Positions 55,901 through 64,000 of a stretch of 64,000 nucleotides of DNA are shown here, one piece after another. The DNA comes from Clostridiales bacterium. GTDB taxonomy: Bacteria > Bacillota > Clostridia > Christensenellales > Aristaeellaceae. Position numbers and translations under genes: made by a program. The stretch lies in the NCBI GenBank assembly GCA_024683475.1, contig JAIKYG010000003.1, forward strand, positions 10,447 through 74,446, written 5' to 3'. Position 1 is the first letter of the stretch. Each line of letters opens with the position of its first letter. The notes below the pieces were generated by a model. The model made no database searches. It saw nothing but the letters and a program-made list of their open reading frames with translations, and was not told the DNA's origin.

Positions 55901-57638
55901 AGCCGAAAGCGAAACCGGTTCGCTGAACAACCAGGCATACGCATACTTCCATACCGAAGAAGAGTTCGCAGGAAACACTCCGGAGAAGGTCTACAGCAAT
56001 GCGCTTTCAGTGCCTGTGGGAGTCCCCGAGAAGCCTATGTTTGATCCCGAAAGCGTATATATGACAAAGGAAGTCCTGAACTCCCCGCTGTACGGCGACG
56101 CTTTCACATATAACGAGGCGATCTACTTCCTTATCACGATCTACAACAACAGCGATTACCCGGTAAGCGTTTCTTCGGTATACGATTTCTACTGGGGCAG
56201 CGATTTCGGCAGCAATAACTACCTTCCCGGAGGATTCATACCGCCGCACTCCGTTCTGCCGATCCCGTATTCGCATGTTGTCACCTGGGCAGAAGCAAAT
56301 TCCTCTGGTCACTTCCTCACCAACGCTGCAAACGCCTCCGTGATCGTCAACTTTGAAGACAAGGAAGAACAGTACGATCTCGTCTGCAGCCCGGTCACCG
56401 TGAAACTTGACTATATACCCGATCCGCCGGTGGTGCCCGGGGATCCCGTTGTCTTCAAAAAGGTGCTTGGCGACCCCGCAAAGGTCTACAAGGAAGGCGA
56501 GGATATCTGGTTCATCCTGTTCCTGTACAACACTTCGGGCAGCACCATCTATGACATAGCGGTGTATGACCAGTTGGTGCCCGGGTTCTATCTCGACGGC
56601 TTCAGCATTTTGGGAGACGGCGAGGTGTACTCGAAAGCCTTCAATTACTCCGTGACCAAGTTTGATGCCGAAGTCATCGGCAGCGTGACCAATATCGGCT
56701 GGTTCACCCTGTCCATGCCTACTCGCAACACTCCCACCACATTCTACACCAATGAGGTCACCGTGGCTTGCGGTAAGGATCCCGAACCGCCCAGGACTCC
56801 TTCTTCCCATCCTGACAGCTGCAAAGTGACGCTTGTCGGCAAGGGCGAGGGCGCATGGGAATACATGACCGTGTTCTGTGCCGAACACAACTCGGTCAAA
56901 GCCGGATTCCGCAAGCTGCTCGATGCATGCGAGACCGACGCAGACAGGACCGTTGCATATCAGGTGGGTCTCGATATGTGGACGAGAGCGCTCGAAAGAG
57001 AGTACGAGAAGCTGATCAAAAACGCCCCGTCCGAGGAAATCGCTTCGGCGCTCAACAACGACAGCGCCGTATTTGGCGGTTACCTTAAATCTGTCCGCAA
57101 CAGGTTGTCCGATGCCGGTCTTGATGAAAACGAGATCAACGCGCGCATCATCCGGCTCATAACCGACCGTGTGACCGAGCTGTGCTACACCTTTGGCGAC
57201 GGCAAGGACGAACGCAGGGACATCCTGACCGACAAGGTCCCGGAGATCAACCGCGTAGAGGCGAACGCTTGCTCTGCCGTGTACGACAACGCGCTGAGCG
57301 GTAGCTATACGGTTACTTTCAACGTGTGCAACGGCCACATCATGCTGCTCAGGACCATTGACCGCACTCTCGCCGCCACGCAGAACGATCCGGAGCTCAA
57401 GGCTGCGGGATGGATACGCGCCAAGAGCTACTGGCAGGCCAAGCTCACAACGGACTACGACACGCTGGCCAATCAGGCGGGCGCCGGAGTTTACGCCTTG
57501 AGTGAGAGAGCTGCCTTCCTTGCAATGGTCAAAACGCACGGCGCGCTTTACACCGCTGTTTACGGCGACGAAGCGCTTACCGAAGAACTCACGACTACCA
57601 TGATGCTGAAGCGCGCTTTGGAACTTGACGCCAGGTAA
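52929..57638 (+). CDS. giant (1569 aa) secreted multi-module protein: Cys-rich N-terminal modules, >=9 DUF11/CARDB-like modules, duplicated Cys/helical C-terminal module
   Basis: Signal peptide MKKLVAFLLALIMLLSLAQTVPIANA. There are three GHxW...C...CxxCG modules (aa ~27-135). A module signature x-Y-x-I-x-I-x-N-(N/T)-S-(D/G)...IYD recurs at least 9 times (examples: IKYTITVVNNSDHPIHILGIYD, IHYVFSITNNSDETLFDTKITD, IWFILFLYNTSGSTIYDIAVYD). The C-terminal roughly 315 aa are helical with paired Cys. There is no LPXTG, SLH or TM anchor. Confidence 0.85.
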   Translation: MKKLVAFLLALIMLLSLAQTVPIANADAPHTHKWTKVEGVNPTCTIDGWAYYYCSGCGEYRDESLPALGHDWAIKVYTSYADCTHYGVFYWVCARCGAHSATGNDKPLGHDWGEWKIIKYPTPEENGLMERECQRCGITEQKTITMDDIPNSGLRIEAWVVYDTEYEIGEMGNFIVKFINTSDAPTLLTGIDLSFADGSEDTIDFNAASPLILASGESTTVNAAYWMNADNKAHDDDDYIDIDVTGRGKPNGKNDEIQSNTVSITFRLKTEEDPEEKPDLLLGVSPRVNGMNTSTVKVGDTVYFDYSLTNNTENELEIANIREWYGEANIDNADPFSGNYLKAGETRTSSASGAKELIPYVVKLEDFVGGKLKINFFAVGRDYIDHPSNVLYDLAYTNSVVIELTLENYKPSFSLQAELIDYPPFKLDQDYASINVIIENTSDKDFIVTRLYYYSDNATAYTIDHPFGDLVFKPNDVHNLTVSYLVSSADLWHSDEDIVITFGAEAAVVDSESEMPIYSNEDDVDIPWYEDPNLVLYKYTEGHEYDGYVYSAGDPVVYKIFIHNTSKDRPIYCATIYDEPEGHERVTVASFDEIAPLQSNEGEEIIYTYYLTQQDIDDSVQLSDGKYYFRNNVYASYYVNAGKSGDLTWRDDYCYVPVDKYDKSDVEIIKTEISHYDESKGYYGAGEEIKYTITVVNNSDHPIHILGIYDSYDSDAVAADIILHATESYSADYKITVTEYEVSWFPSIYNQAWVKYEEDVDGEQKEDLRYSNIVESPIGPKPEEHTEGDSEAPTVIKTAENMPKNGSYYQKDELIHYVFSITNNSDETLFDTKITDEMKGKNEDADIWIGDVLPHETAMGDFYYTVKAEDCVGFLYNEGSMSYTSADGESHVIYPIPCTVETEIIDPVPEAPNVVLVKSAPFAPKDGPFFVENESIEYWIDASNLSDDPIYDLEIYDDLFDVNAPLVTVPYLAPWSSTITYKFCHMVTKEEAESETGSLNNQAYAYFHTEEEFAGNTPEKVYSNALSVPVGVPEKPMFDPESVYMTKEVLNSPLYGDAFTYNEAIYFLITIYNNSDYPVSVSSVYDFYWGSDFGSNNYLPGGFIPPHSVLPIPYSHVVTWAEANSSGHFLTNAANASVIVNFEDKEEQYDLVCSPVTVKLDYIPDPPVVPGDPVVFKKVLGDPAKVYKEGEDIWFILFLYNTSGSTIYDIAVYDQLVPGFYLDGFSILGDGEVYSKAFNYSVTKFDAEVIGSVTNIGWFTLSMPTRNTPTTFYTNEVTVACGKDPEPPRTPSSHPDSCKVTLVGKGEGAWEYMTVFCAEHNSVKAGFRKLLDACETDADRTVAYQVGLDMWTRALEREYEKLIKNAPSEEIASALNNDSAVFGGYLKSVRNRLSDAGLDENEINARIIRLITDRVTELCYTFGDGKDERRDILTDKVPEINRVEANACSAVYDNALSGSYTVTFNVCNGHIMLLRTIDRTLAATQNDPELKAAGWIRAKSYWQAKLTTDYDTLANQAGAGVYALSERAAFLAMVKTHGALYTAVYGDEALTEELTTTMMLKRALELDAR

Positions 57639-57649
57639 TCTAACGTACT

Positions 57650-57679
57650 GTCTGACCCCCGAACGGGGGTCAGACTTTT
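57650..57679 (+). terminator. intrinsic terminator after the giant gene
   Basis: GTCTGACCCCC-gaac-GGGGGTCAGAC + TTTT. Confidence 0.85.
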
Positions 57680-57767
57680 ATGTGCATTTTAATACTTCCC
57701 TATTGCCTTTTTGCCGGCGAATGATGTATCATATACACAGAAATCACATGCGAGAAGGAGACGGAAT

Positions 57768-58613
57768 ATGAAAAGCTTTCCCATAGGCGTTATCATCGAG
57801 TCTTTCAAAAAGCCCCTGATCGAGTGCCTCGACCTTACCAAATCCATCGGCGCTCAGGGTCTGCAGCTGTACGCAACAAAAGGCGAGACCGCGCCTGAAA
57901 ACCTGACCGGAGAAAAGCGCAAGGCTTTTCTTAATGAAGTCAAAGCCCGCGGTCTTAAGATCTCTGCGCTGTGCGGCGACCTTGGACACGGTTTCTGGGA
58001 TGCCGAGAGGAACCCCGAACTCATCCGCCGTTCCAAGCTTATACTCGAAATGGCAAAAGAACTGGAAACCGATATAGTTACGACCCATATAGGCGTAGTG
58101 CCGAGCGACCCGGATCATCCCCGTTACAAGATACTGCAGGATGCCTGCGGCGAATTGGCTGCTTACGCCGATTCTCTCAATGCCCATTTCGCGATCGAGA
58201 CAGGTCCCGAGACTTCTCTTACGCTCAAAAACTTCCTGGACAGCTTAAATTCCACCGGCGTCGCCGTCAACCTCGATCCCGCAAACCTGGTCATGGTCAC
58301 CGGCGATGACCCTGTCAAGGCCGTTCACAACCTTAAAAAGTACATCGTCCACACCCATGCGAAAGACGGCGTGAAGCTCAGGGACTGCGATCCGGAAGTG
58401 GTTTACGGAATAGTGCATAAAGATGCTCTCGTAACAGATGCCTCCTTCGAGGAAGTGCCTCTCGGAAAAGGCAGCGTGCCTTTCAAAGAGTATCTTGCCG
58501 CCCTTGAGGAGATCGGTTATGACGGCTTCCTCACCATAGAGCGCGAAGTCGGCCCCGATCCCGTCGGAGATATCTCCATGGCAGCCGATTTCCTGAGGAG
58601 TTTCATGAAATAA
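57768..58613 (+). CDS. sugar phosphate isomerase/epimerase (xylose isomerase-like TIM barrel)
   Basis: Pattern ...HFAIETGPE...VNLDPANL...HTHAKDG...GYDGFLTIERE. ATG 57768 lies behind GAAGGAGA. Confidence 0.75.
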   Translation: MKSFPIGVIIESFKKPLIECLDLTKSIGAQGLQLYATKGETAPENLTGEKRKAFLNEVKARGLKISALCGDLGHGFWDAERNPELIRRSKLILEMAKELETDIVTTHIGVVPSDPDHPRYKILQDACGELAAYADSLNAHFAIETGPETSLTLKNFLDSLNSTGVAVNLDPANLVMVTGDDPVKAVHNLKKYIVHTHAKDGVKLRDCDPEVVYGIVHKDALVTDASFEEVPLGKGSVPFKEYLAALEEIGYDGFLTIEREVGPDPVGDISMAADFLRSFMK

Positions 58614-58650
58614 CAAATTGTACAGGCTCCGAAAATTAACCTTGGCAGGC

Positions 58651-58892
58651 TTGACAATTATTCCCGATGGTTTAGAATAATGATATATTGCGAATGACGG
58701 AGAAAAATACCTCTGATGCCCCCACAGAGAGCGGCGGGAAGCTGGAAACGCCGCGGGTAAGCTAAGAGGGAGACCGCCTCCCGACGCGAAACGTGCGGGC
58801 ACGTTACAGCCCATAAAGCTCGCCGATATTCGGCGGAAACAAGGTGGAACCACGGGCAATACCGCTCGTCCCTGTACGGGACGGGCGTTTTT
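58651..58892 (+). promoter_or_regulatory. promoter + canonical T-box leader of thrS (Thr, ACC specifier)
   Basis: Promoter TTGACA (58651-58656), 16 nt, TAGAAT. K-turn GCG-AAU-GA / GA-CGC. AG-bay AGAGAG. Specifier loop GAG-ACC-G with ACC at 58773-58775. T-box AAGGUGGAACCACGGG (58841-58856). A 10-bp terminator stem plus U5 lies at 58863-58892. Confidence 0.9.
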
Positions 58893-58922
58893 GTATACAG
58901 ATCAAAATTGCGGAGGCGCGAA

Positions 58923-60860
58923 ATGATAATCAGTTACAAAGGCAGCAATTACGAATTTGAAGAAAGGATCAACTCGCTGGATATACTCGGCCAGATCGAC
59001 CCTGACGCAAGAAAAGCGGCTTTGGCCGTAAAGCTTGACGGCGAAGTCACCGAGCTCGCCGCTGCCGTAAAAGGCTCCTGTGAGCTTGTGCCCCTGTTTG
59101 GCAGCGATCCGGAAGGCCTGCGCATACTGCGCCACAGCGCCAGCCATGTACTGGCTCAGGCGGTAAAGCGCCTTCGTCCGGAAGCAAAACTCGCTATCGG
59201 ACCTGCCATAGACAACGGTTTTTACTATGACTTCGATACGGACGAACCCTTCACTCCCGAGTTCCTTGCTCAGGTCGAGAAGGAAATGAAGCACATCATA
59301 GGCAAAAACTCCCGTCTGGAAAAGTTCGTACTGCCCCGGGAGCAGGCTCTGGAACTTATGAAAGACGAACCGTACAAAGTCGAGCTCATCAACGATCTGC
59401 CCGAAGGCGAAGACATTTCCTTCTATCGCCAGGAAGGCTTTACTGACCTGTGCGCAGGCCCCCACCTTCCCAATCTGGGCAGGATAAAGGCGTTCAAGAT
59501 CACGTCCACCGCCGGCGCATACTGGCGCGGCAGCGAAAAGAACAAGATGCTTAGGCGCATCTATGCCACTGCTTTTGCTTCCAAGGAAGAACTGGACGCC
59601 TATCTTAAGCAGCAGGAAGAAGCCTTAAAGCGTGACCACAACAAACTGGGCCGTGAGCTTGAATACTTCACAACGGTCGATATAATCGGCCAGGGCCTCC
59701 CCATCATCCTTCCCAAGGGCGCACGAGTGATACAGAAACTGCAGCGCTGGGTCGAAGATACCGAGCAGAAGCGCGGTTATCTGCTTACGAAAACGCCGTA
59801 TTTTGCCAAGCGTGAGCTCTACAGGCTTTCCGGCCACTGGGATCACTATCGCGACGGCATGTTCATTATGGGCGATCCCGATGATGAAAGCAAAGAATGC
59901 TTCGCGCTGCGTCCCATGACCTGTCCTTTCCAGTATCAGGTCTATCTGAACCGCATGCGCTCCTACCGCGATCTGCCCATGCGCCTCGGTGAAACGTCCA
60001 CCCTGTTCCGCAATGAGGATTCCGGCGAAATGCACGGCCTTATCCGCGTAAGGCAGTTCACGATCTCGGAAGGCCACCTGGTGCTCAGACCGGATCAGCT
60101 GGAGCAGGAGTTCCGCCAGTGCCTTGAACTTGCGCACGAGATGCTCGATACCGTAGGTCTTTGGGAGGACTGCACGTTCCGCTTCAGCCAGTGGGATCCC
60201 GCCAACCCCAAGAACAAGTACGAAGGCACGAAAGAACAGTGGGACGAGGCTCAGGCGGTAATGGGCAAGATCCTCGACAATATCGGTCTTGAGTATTCCA
60301 TAGGCATCGACGAAGCCGCCTTTTACGGGCCCAAGCTCGACATCCAGTACAAGAACGTGTTCGGCAAGGAAGACACCATCGTGACTATCCAGATCGATAT
60401 GCTGCTTGCCGCGCGCTACGGTATGGAATATGTGGACAAAGACGGGCAGAAAAAGACGCCATATATCATCCACAGGACTTCCCTCGGCTGCTACGAGCGC
60501 ACGCTTGCCTACCTTATCGAGAAATATGCAGGCGCAATGCCTCTTTGGCTGAGCCCCGAGCAGGTCAGGATAATGACCATAACCGACAGAGCGGACGCCG
60601 CCGCCTACGCCCTCAAAGCCAAACTCGAGGCTGCAGGCATCAGCGCGGAAGTTGATGCCCGCAACGAGAAGATCGGCTTTAAGCTCAGAGAAGCGCGTCA
60701 CGACAAGCTTCCCTACATGGTCGTCATAGGCGACAAGGAAGCCGAAAACGGCACCGCTGCGGTAACAAAGCGCGGAACTCAGGAATCCGTAGTAATGTCC
60801 GCTGAAGATTTTATTTCCCAGGTCCTGGGCGAGATCGACAGCAAAGACAGAAGCTTCTGA
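58923..60860 (+). CDS. thrS: threonine--tRNA ligase
   Basis: TGS and editing N-terminal domains are present, with class II core motifs (FRNEDSGEMHGLIRVRQF, HRTSLGCYERTLAYLIE) and a C-terminal anticodon-binding domain. ATG 58923. Confidence 0.95.
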   Translation: MIISYKGSNYEFEERINSLDILGQIDPDARKAALAVKLDGEVTELAAAVKGSCELVPLFGSDPEGLRILRHSASHVLAQAVKRLRPEAKLAIGPAIDNGFYYDFDTDEPFTPEFLAQVEKEMKHIIGKNSRLEKFVLPREQALELMKDEPYKVELINDLPEGEDISFYRQEGFTDLCAGPHLPNLGRIKAFKITSTAGAYWRGSEKNKMLRRIYATAFASKEELDAYLKQQEEALKRDHNKLGRELEYFTTVDIIGQGLPIILPKGARVIQKLQRWVEDTEQKRGYLLTKTPYFAKRELYRLSGHWDHYRDGMFIMGDPDDESKECFALRPMTCPFQYQVYLNRMRSYRDLPMRLGETSTLFRNEDSGEMHGLIRVRQFTISEGHLVLRPDQLEQEFRQCLELAHEMLDTVGLWEDCTFRFSQWDPANPKNKYEGTKEQWDEAQAVMGKILDNIGLEYSIGIDEAAFYGPKLDIQYKNVFGKEDTIVTIQIDMLLAARYGMEYVDKDGQKKTPYIIHRTSLGCYERTLAYLIEKYAGAMPLWLSPEQVRIMTITDRADAAAYALKAKLEAAGISAEVDARNEKIGFKLREARHDKLPYMVVIGDKEAENGTAAVTKRGTQESVVMSAEDFISQVLGEIDSKDRSF

Positions 60861-60875
60861 TCTATCTTTGAAAAC

Positions 60876-60905
60876 GGCGCGGGATAATCTCTCCCGCGCC
60901 TTATG
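60876..60905 (+). terminator. probable terminator after thrS
   Basis: GGCGCGGGA-taatctc-TCCCGCGCC followed by a TTATGATT (weak) T-tract. Confidence 0.5.
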
Positions 60906-60921
60906 ATTGTATACAGTTATT

Positions 60922-61851
60922 ATGAAAGTACTCACCTGTACAATAACCGCAGAAGATGACAACAGGCTCGCGTGGCGCGTGGCAAGGTCGACGCTTGGGC
61001 TTTCCGCGCGCCAGCTTGCGCGGATCAAGGTCTCCAACGGGCTTAAGCTGGACGGCGTCAGCATCCACGCGGACGTTAGAGTCAAAGCGGGAGAGCTGTT
61101 GAGCGCTTATGTGCCCGAAGAGCAGCCCGAATACAGAGCTCCGTTTGATGACAAGCCGGTTAATATAGTTTACGAAGATGAAGATATCCTAGTGATAGAC
61201 AAGCCTGCTCCGCTTGCAACACAGTACAGCCACAAGCAGGAGGAAAACGCACTGGAAAACCGCCTGTCCTGGTATTTCCGCGACGACCCGAACTTTGTGT
61301 TTCGTCCGGTAAACAGGCTCGACAAGGGCACGAGCGGCCTGTTGTGCGCCGCAAAGAATCCCTGGTCACAGCATATGCTCACCAAAACGCTGCATACGGA
61401 TGCCTTTGTTCGCGAATACCTTGCCATATGCTGCGACGCGCCCGACCCGCTCGCGGGCACGATCGACCTTCCAATCGGCAAGATCTCCGAAGCCAGCGTG
61501 AAACGGATCGTCACTCCCGACGGAGCGCCTTCTAAAACAGACTATAAGGTATTATCGGTTTTCAATGATCTGAGCCTCGTGCATCTCAGGCTTCACAGCG
61601 GGCGTACCCATCAGATCCGTGTGCATATGAGCGCAATCGGCTGCCCGGTATACGGAGATTTCCTGTACGGCACCGAAGATACGGTCAATTTGGCCGGCAG
61701 ACAGGCGCTTCACAGCGCATATTTAAGTTTCATACACCCTCAGTCAGGCATAAAACTGAGCTTTTTCAGTCCGCTTCCGGCGGAACTTGCTCGACTTATC
61801 CAAAAAAATAGTCGGTGTTTTTCTGTAAAATTAAGTCAAATCCTATTATAA
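60922..61851 (+). CDS. RluA family pseudouridine synthase
   Basis: S4-like N-terminus, YEDEDILVIDKPA, catalytic NRLDKGTSGLL and GRTHQIRVH motifs. Confidence 0.88.
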   Translation: MKVLTCTITAEDDNRLAWRVARSTLGLSARQLARIKVSNGLKLDGVSIHADVRVKAGELLSAYVPEEQPEYRAPFDDKPVNIVYEDEDILVIDKPAPLATQYSHKQEENALENRLSWYFRDDPNFVFRPVNRLDKGTSGLLCAAKNPWSQHMLTKTLHTDAFVREYLAICCDAPDPLAGTIDLPIGKISEASVKRIVTPDGAPSKTDYKVLSVFNDLSLVHLRLHSGRTHQIRVHMSAIGCPVYGDFLYGTEDTVNLAGRQALHSAYLSFIHPQSGIKLSFFSPLPAELARLIQKNSRCFSVKLSQILL

Positions 61852-61933
61852 CTCTTGCAAAATATAGTTAAACGCTTTATAATAACAGTGTATACATTTG
61901 GTCATTTGTTATTTGGAGAATGGAGGGTTACCC

Positions 61934-62626
61934 GTGGCCGGCAGAATTCTCATCGTAGACGATGAACCCATTATCGTCAAAGGTTTGAAATATTCGCTAG
62001 AGCAGGATCAGTACGAGACGGACGCTGCTTATGACGGAGAGGAAGCGCTTGATAAATTCTTTTCCGGTCAGTACGACCTGGTGCTGCTGGACGTCATGCT
62101 TCCCAAGGTCGACGGCATAGAAGTATGTCAGCGCATCAGGGAAAAGTCCAACGTCCCCATCATCATGCTCACCGCCAAGGGAGAAGATATGGACAAGATC
62201 CTCGGCCTCGAATACGGCGCCGACGATTATATGACTAAACCCTTCAACATTCTCGAGGTCAAAGCCCGCATCAAGACCATTTTCCGCCGCACCGCGATGG
62301 CGCGCAAAGACGGAGGTCAGAGCGTTATCAGCGTTCGCGACATGCGCATCAACTTAAACAACCGTTCCGTCAGCATCTGCGGCAAGGAGATCAACCTGAC
62401 CGCGAAGGAATTCGACCTGCTCCAGCTGTTCGTATCCAACCGCGGCAAGGTCTTTTCCAGAGAAAGCCTGCTTGAGACCATATGGAAGTATGACTATCTC
62501 GGCGACCTTCGCACCGTGGACGTACACATCCGCCGTCTGAGGGAAAAGATCGAAAAGAATCCCGCCCAGCCCGAATTCATATTCACCAAATGGGGCGTCG
62601 GATACTATTTTACCGAAAAAGACTGA
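61934..62626 (+). CDS. OmpR/PhoB-family response regulator
   Basis: Receiver domain (RILIVDDEP...DLVLLDVMLPKVDG...MLTAKG) plus winged-helix (LTAKEFDLLQLF...GVGYYF). GTG 61934 lies 7 nt after GGAGGG. Confidence 0.9.
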   Translation: MAGRILIVDDEPIIVKGLKYSLEQDQYETDAAYDGEEALDKFFSGQYDLVLLDVMLPKVDGIEVCQRIREKSNVPIIMLTAKGEDMDKILGLEYGADDYMTKPFNILEVKARIKTIFRRTAMARKDGGQSVISVRDMRINLNNRSVSICGKEINLTAKEFDLLQLFVSNRGKVFSRESLLETIWKYDYLGDLRTVDVHIRRLREKIEKNPAQPEFIFTKWGVGYYFTEKD

Positions 62627-62671
62627 TACTGTCGCTCGCGGCTCGTTATCCGCGAAAAAAGGTGCATTTGA

Positions 62672-64000
62672 TTGGCCAAAAGTGTTAAGACCCATATAGG
62701 TTCCATAAGATACAAACTCATTTTCGCCTATCTTGCCGTTATAATCGTCGCCTTCCTGCTTTTAGGCGCGTCCATGACCGCAATGATGGGCGATTATATG
62801 TATAAATACTCTGCGGATCTTGCCCTGGAACAGATAAACGGTATATCCGCCGGGGTAGATTTTGCTTTGTCTGATTTTGACACCGCTAAGGCCTATGAGC
62901 TTGCCTCGCGCTGTTCTTCCCGCATAATCATAGCAGATCCCGACGGCGTGGTCGTATGCGACACTTCCTCTCTTGTTAACGGCTGCACGCTTGAACCTCC
63001 TTTCGATATCTCAAAAAAGGCTTCTGCACTGCTTAAAGCTGGAAGCGTAAGCAGCTTTTCTCCCGAAAGCGATTCATACGTCGTCCTGTCTGCCGTAAAA
63101 CTTGACAACGGTTTCATTTATTCTCTTTCCGATGCTGACGGCATTATTCAAAACCTGAAAAGCCTGTGTATAAGGCTGTGTATCGCGCTTGCAGGCATAC
63201 TGCTTTTATCCGTGCTTTTGGGTCTATTGTTCACGCGTTCTTTCACCCGTCCCGTCAAAGAACTGGACAAAGCCATAAAGAGCCTCTCGCAGGGCGATTT
63301 TACCGTGCGCGCAAAAGAGATCGGCAACACCGAGCTTACGCGCCTCGCATCCGCGTTCAACGATATGGCAGGACGCATGGAGATGCTGGACCGCAGCCGC
63401 AACAGCTTTGTTTCAAACGCCTCCCATGAGCTTAAGACGCCCCTGGCGACAATGAAAATAATGGTCCAGACCCTGCTGTACCAGGATGTGCCCGATCCTG
63501 CCATGAACAAGGAATTCCTCGGCGACGTCGATAAGGAGATCGACAGGCTCAACGCCATAGTCGTCGACCTGCTCACGCTGGTCGGTATGGATTCCGGGGA
63601 AACGCCTATTAAGAAGGAAGAACTCAGCCTGAGCAAAATGCTGGAGGAAGATGTAAAGCGTCTCTCCCCCCTCGCCCGCGAACGCGGTATCCAGCTTGAC
63701 ATTTCCATTCGCGATGATCTGTACGTCAGCGGTGACGAGATAAAGCTAGATCAGGTGTTCTATAATCTCCTGGACAACGCTCTCAAATACACTCCCCGCG
63801 GCAAAAATGTTTTGGTAGAGGTATACCGTTCCGGACGTCAGGCGATAGTAAAGGTCAAGGATGAAGGCATCGGCATACCCGAAGACAAGATCCCCCATAT
63901 TTTTGACAGATTTTACCGCGTTGACAAAGCGCGCGGGCGTGAAACAGGCGGCACCGGTCTGGGTCTGTCCATAGCCAAGCAGATATTGCTCGCCCACGGC
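62672..64000 (+). CDS. sensor histidine kinase (3' end outside window; not in the ORF track)
   Basis: The frame is open from TTG 62672 (AAGGTG SD 8 nt upstream) to the window end. It has 2 TM segments, a HAMP domain (RPVKELDKAIKSLSQGDF), H-box SNASHELKTPLA, N-box LDNALKYT and G-boxes DEGIGIP / GGTGLGLSIAK. Confidence 0.88.
   Translation, partial: MAKSVKTHIGSIRYKLIFAYLAVIIVAFLLLGASMTAMMGDYMYKYSADLALEQINGISAGVDFALSDFDTAKAYELASRCSSRIIIADPDGVVVCDTSSLVNGCTLEPPFDISKKASALLKAGSVSSFSPESDSYVVLSAVKLDNGFIYSLSDADGIIQNLKSLCIRLCIALAGILLLSVLLGLLFTRSFTRPVKELDKAIKSLSQGDFTVRAKEIGNTELTRLASAFNDMAGRMEMLDRSRNSFVSNASHELKTPLATMKIMVQTLLYQDVPDPAMNKEFLGDVDKEIDRLNAIVVDLLTLVGMDSGETPIKKEELSLSKMLEEDVKRLSPLARERGIQLDISIRDDLYVSGDEIKLDQVFYNLLDNALKYTPRGKNVLVEVYRSGRQAIVKVKDEGIGIPEDKIPHIFDRFYRVDKARGRETGGTGLGLSIAKQILLAHG

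Noticed and set aside
54534-57539. Two long minus-strand ORFs (472 aa and 510 aa)
   Set aside because: Both lie entirely antisense inside the 1569-aa gene, which has a signal peptide, an RBS and a repeated module structure. The antisense translations are Val/Gly/Arg-rich without features.
52929-57638. Giant gene as a tandem DNA repeat or assembly artefact
   Set aside because: Modules are recognisable only at the amino-acid motif level, and I saw no long identical nucleotide stretches. The frame is continuous with proper start and stop signals.
59625-61085. 486-aa minus-strand ORF
   Set aside because: It is antisense to thrS and the start of the rluA-like gene. It is a shadow ORF.

Overview
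This looks like a 64-kb chromosomal segment from a Gram-positive anaerobe. I infer Clostridia, probably Oscillospiraceae/Ruminococcaceae-like, from gene content: DnaD/DnaI-type replication genes, Bacillus-type PurR, T-box leaders, DUF1292 and SH3b proteins. GC is moderate. I support about 58 protein-coding genes, most on the minus strand and tightly packed. I also support 3 tRNA genes (Thr-GGU, Ser-UGA, Ser-GCU), an RNase P RNA, one TPP riboswitch, two T-box leaders, and several sigma-A-type promoters and intrinsic terminators. Most of the window is housekeeping: ispE, asd-hom, mfd-pth, cdsA, psuG, nifS-like, tkt, trkAH, dnaD/dnaI-like, purR, murC, obg-yhbY-yqeK, nth, thrS, rluA-like and an OmpR/HK pair. 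The HK and the first gene run off the window edges, so the ORF track does not list them in full. I found no CRISPR array, transposon, prophage or recognisable defence island. Four items deserve a second look. (1) A second, complete T-box leader sits in front of a single 770-aa fusion of XRE-HTH, cupin and a medium-chain-type acyl-CoA synthetase, not an aaRS, biosynthesis or transporter gene. tRNA-Thr lies directly downstream, and the canonical thrS T-box is 6.5 kb away. (2) A 1569-aa secreted protein has Cys-rich N-terminal modules, at least 9 diverged DUF11/CARDB-like beta-sandwich modules, a duplicated Cys/helical C-terminal module, and no recognisable wall or membrane anchor. (3) A YgiQ radical-SAM gene overlaps by 44 nt a short [2Fe-2S]+ASKHA (RACo-like) gene, followed by a TetR gene with a palindrome over its own promoter. 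(4) Several enzymes have altered signature features: ispE has no canonical start codon, a phosphohexomutase lacks the His-x-Pro of its active-site loop, and an orphan ZnuA-fold protein lacks a His ligand. All functional assignments come from motif and pattern recognition by eye. No database search was run.
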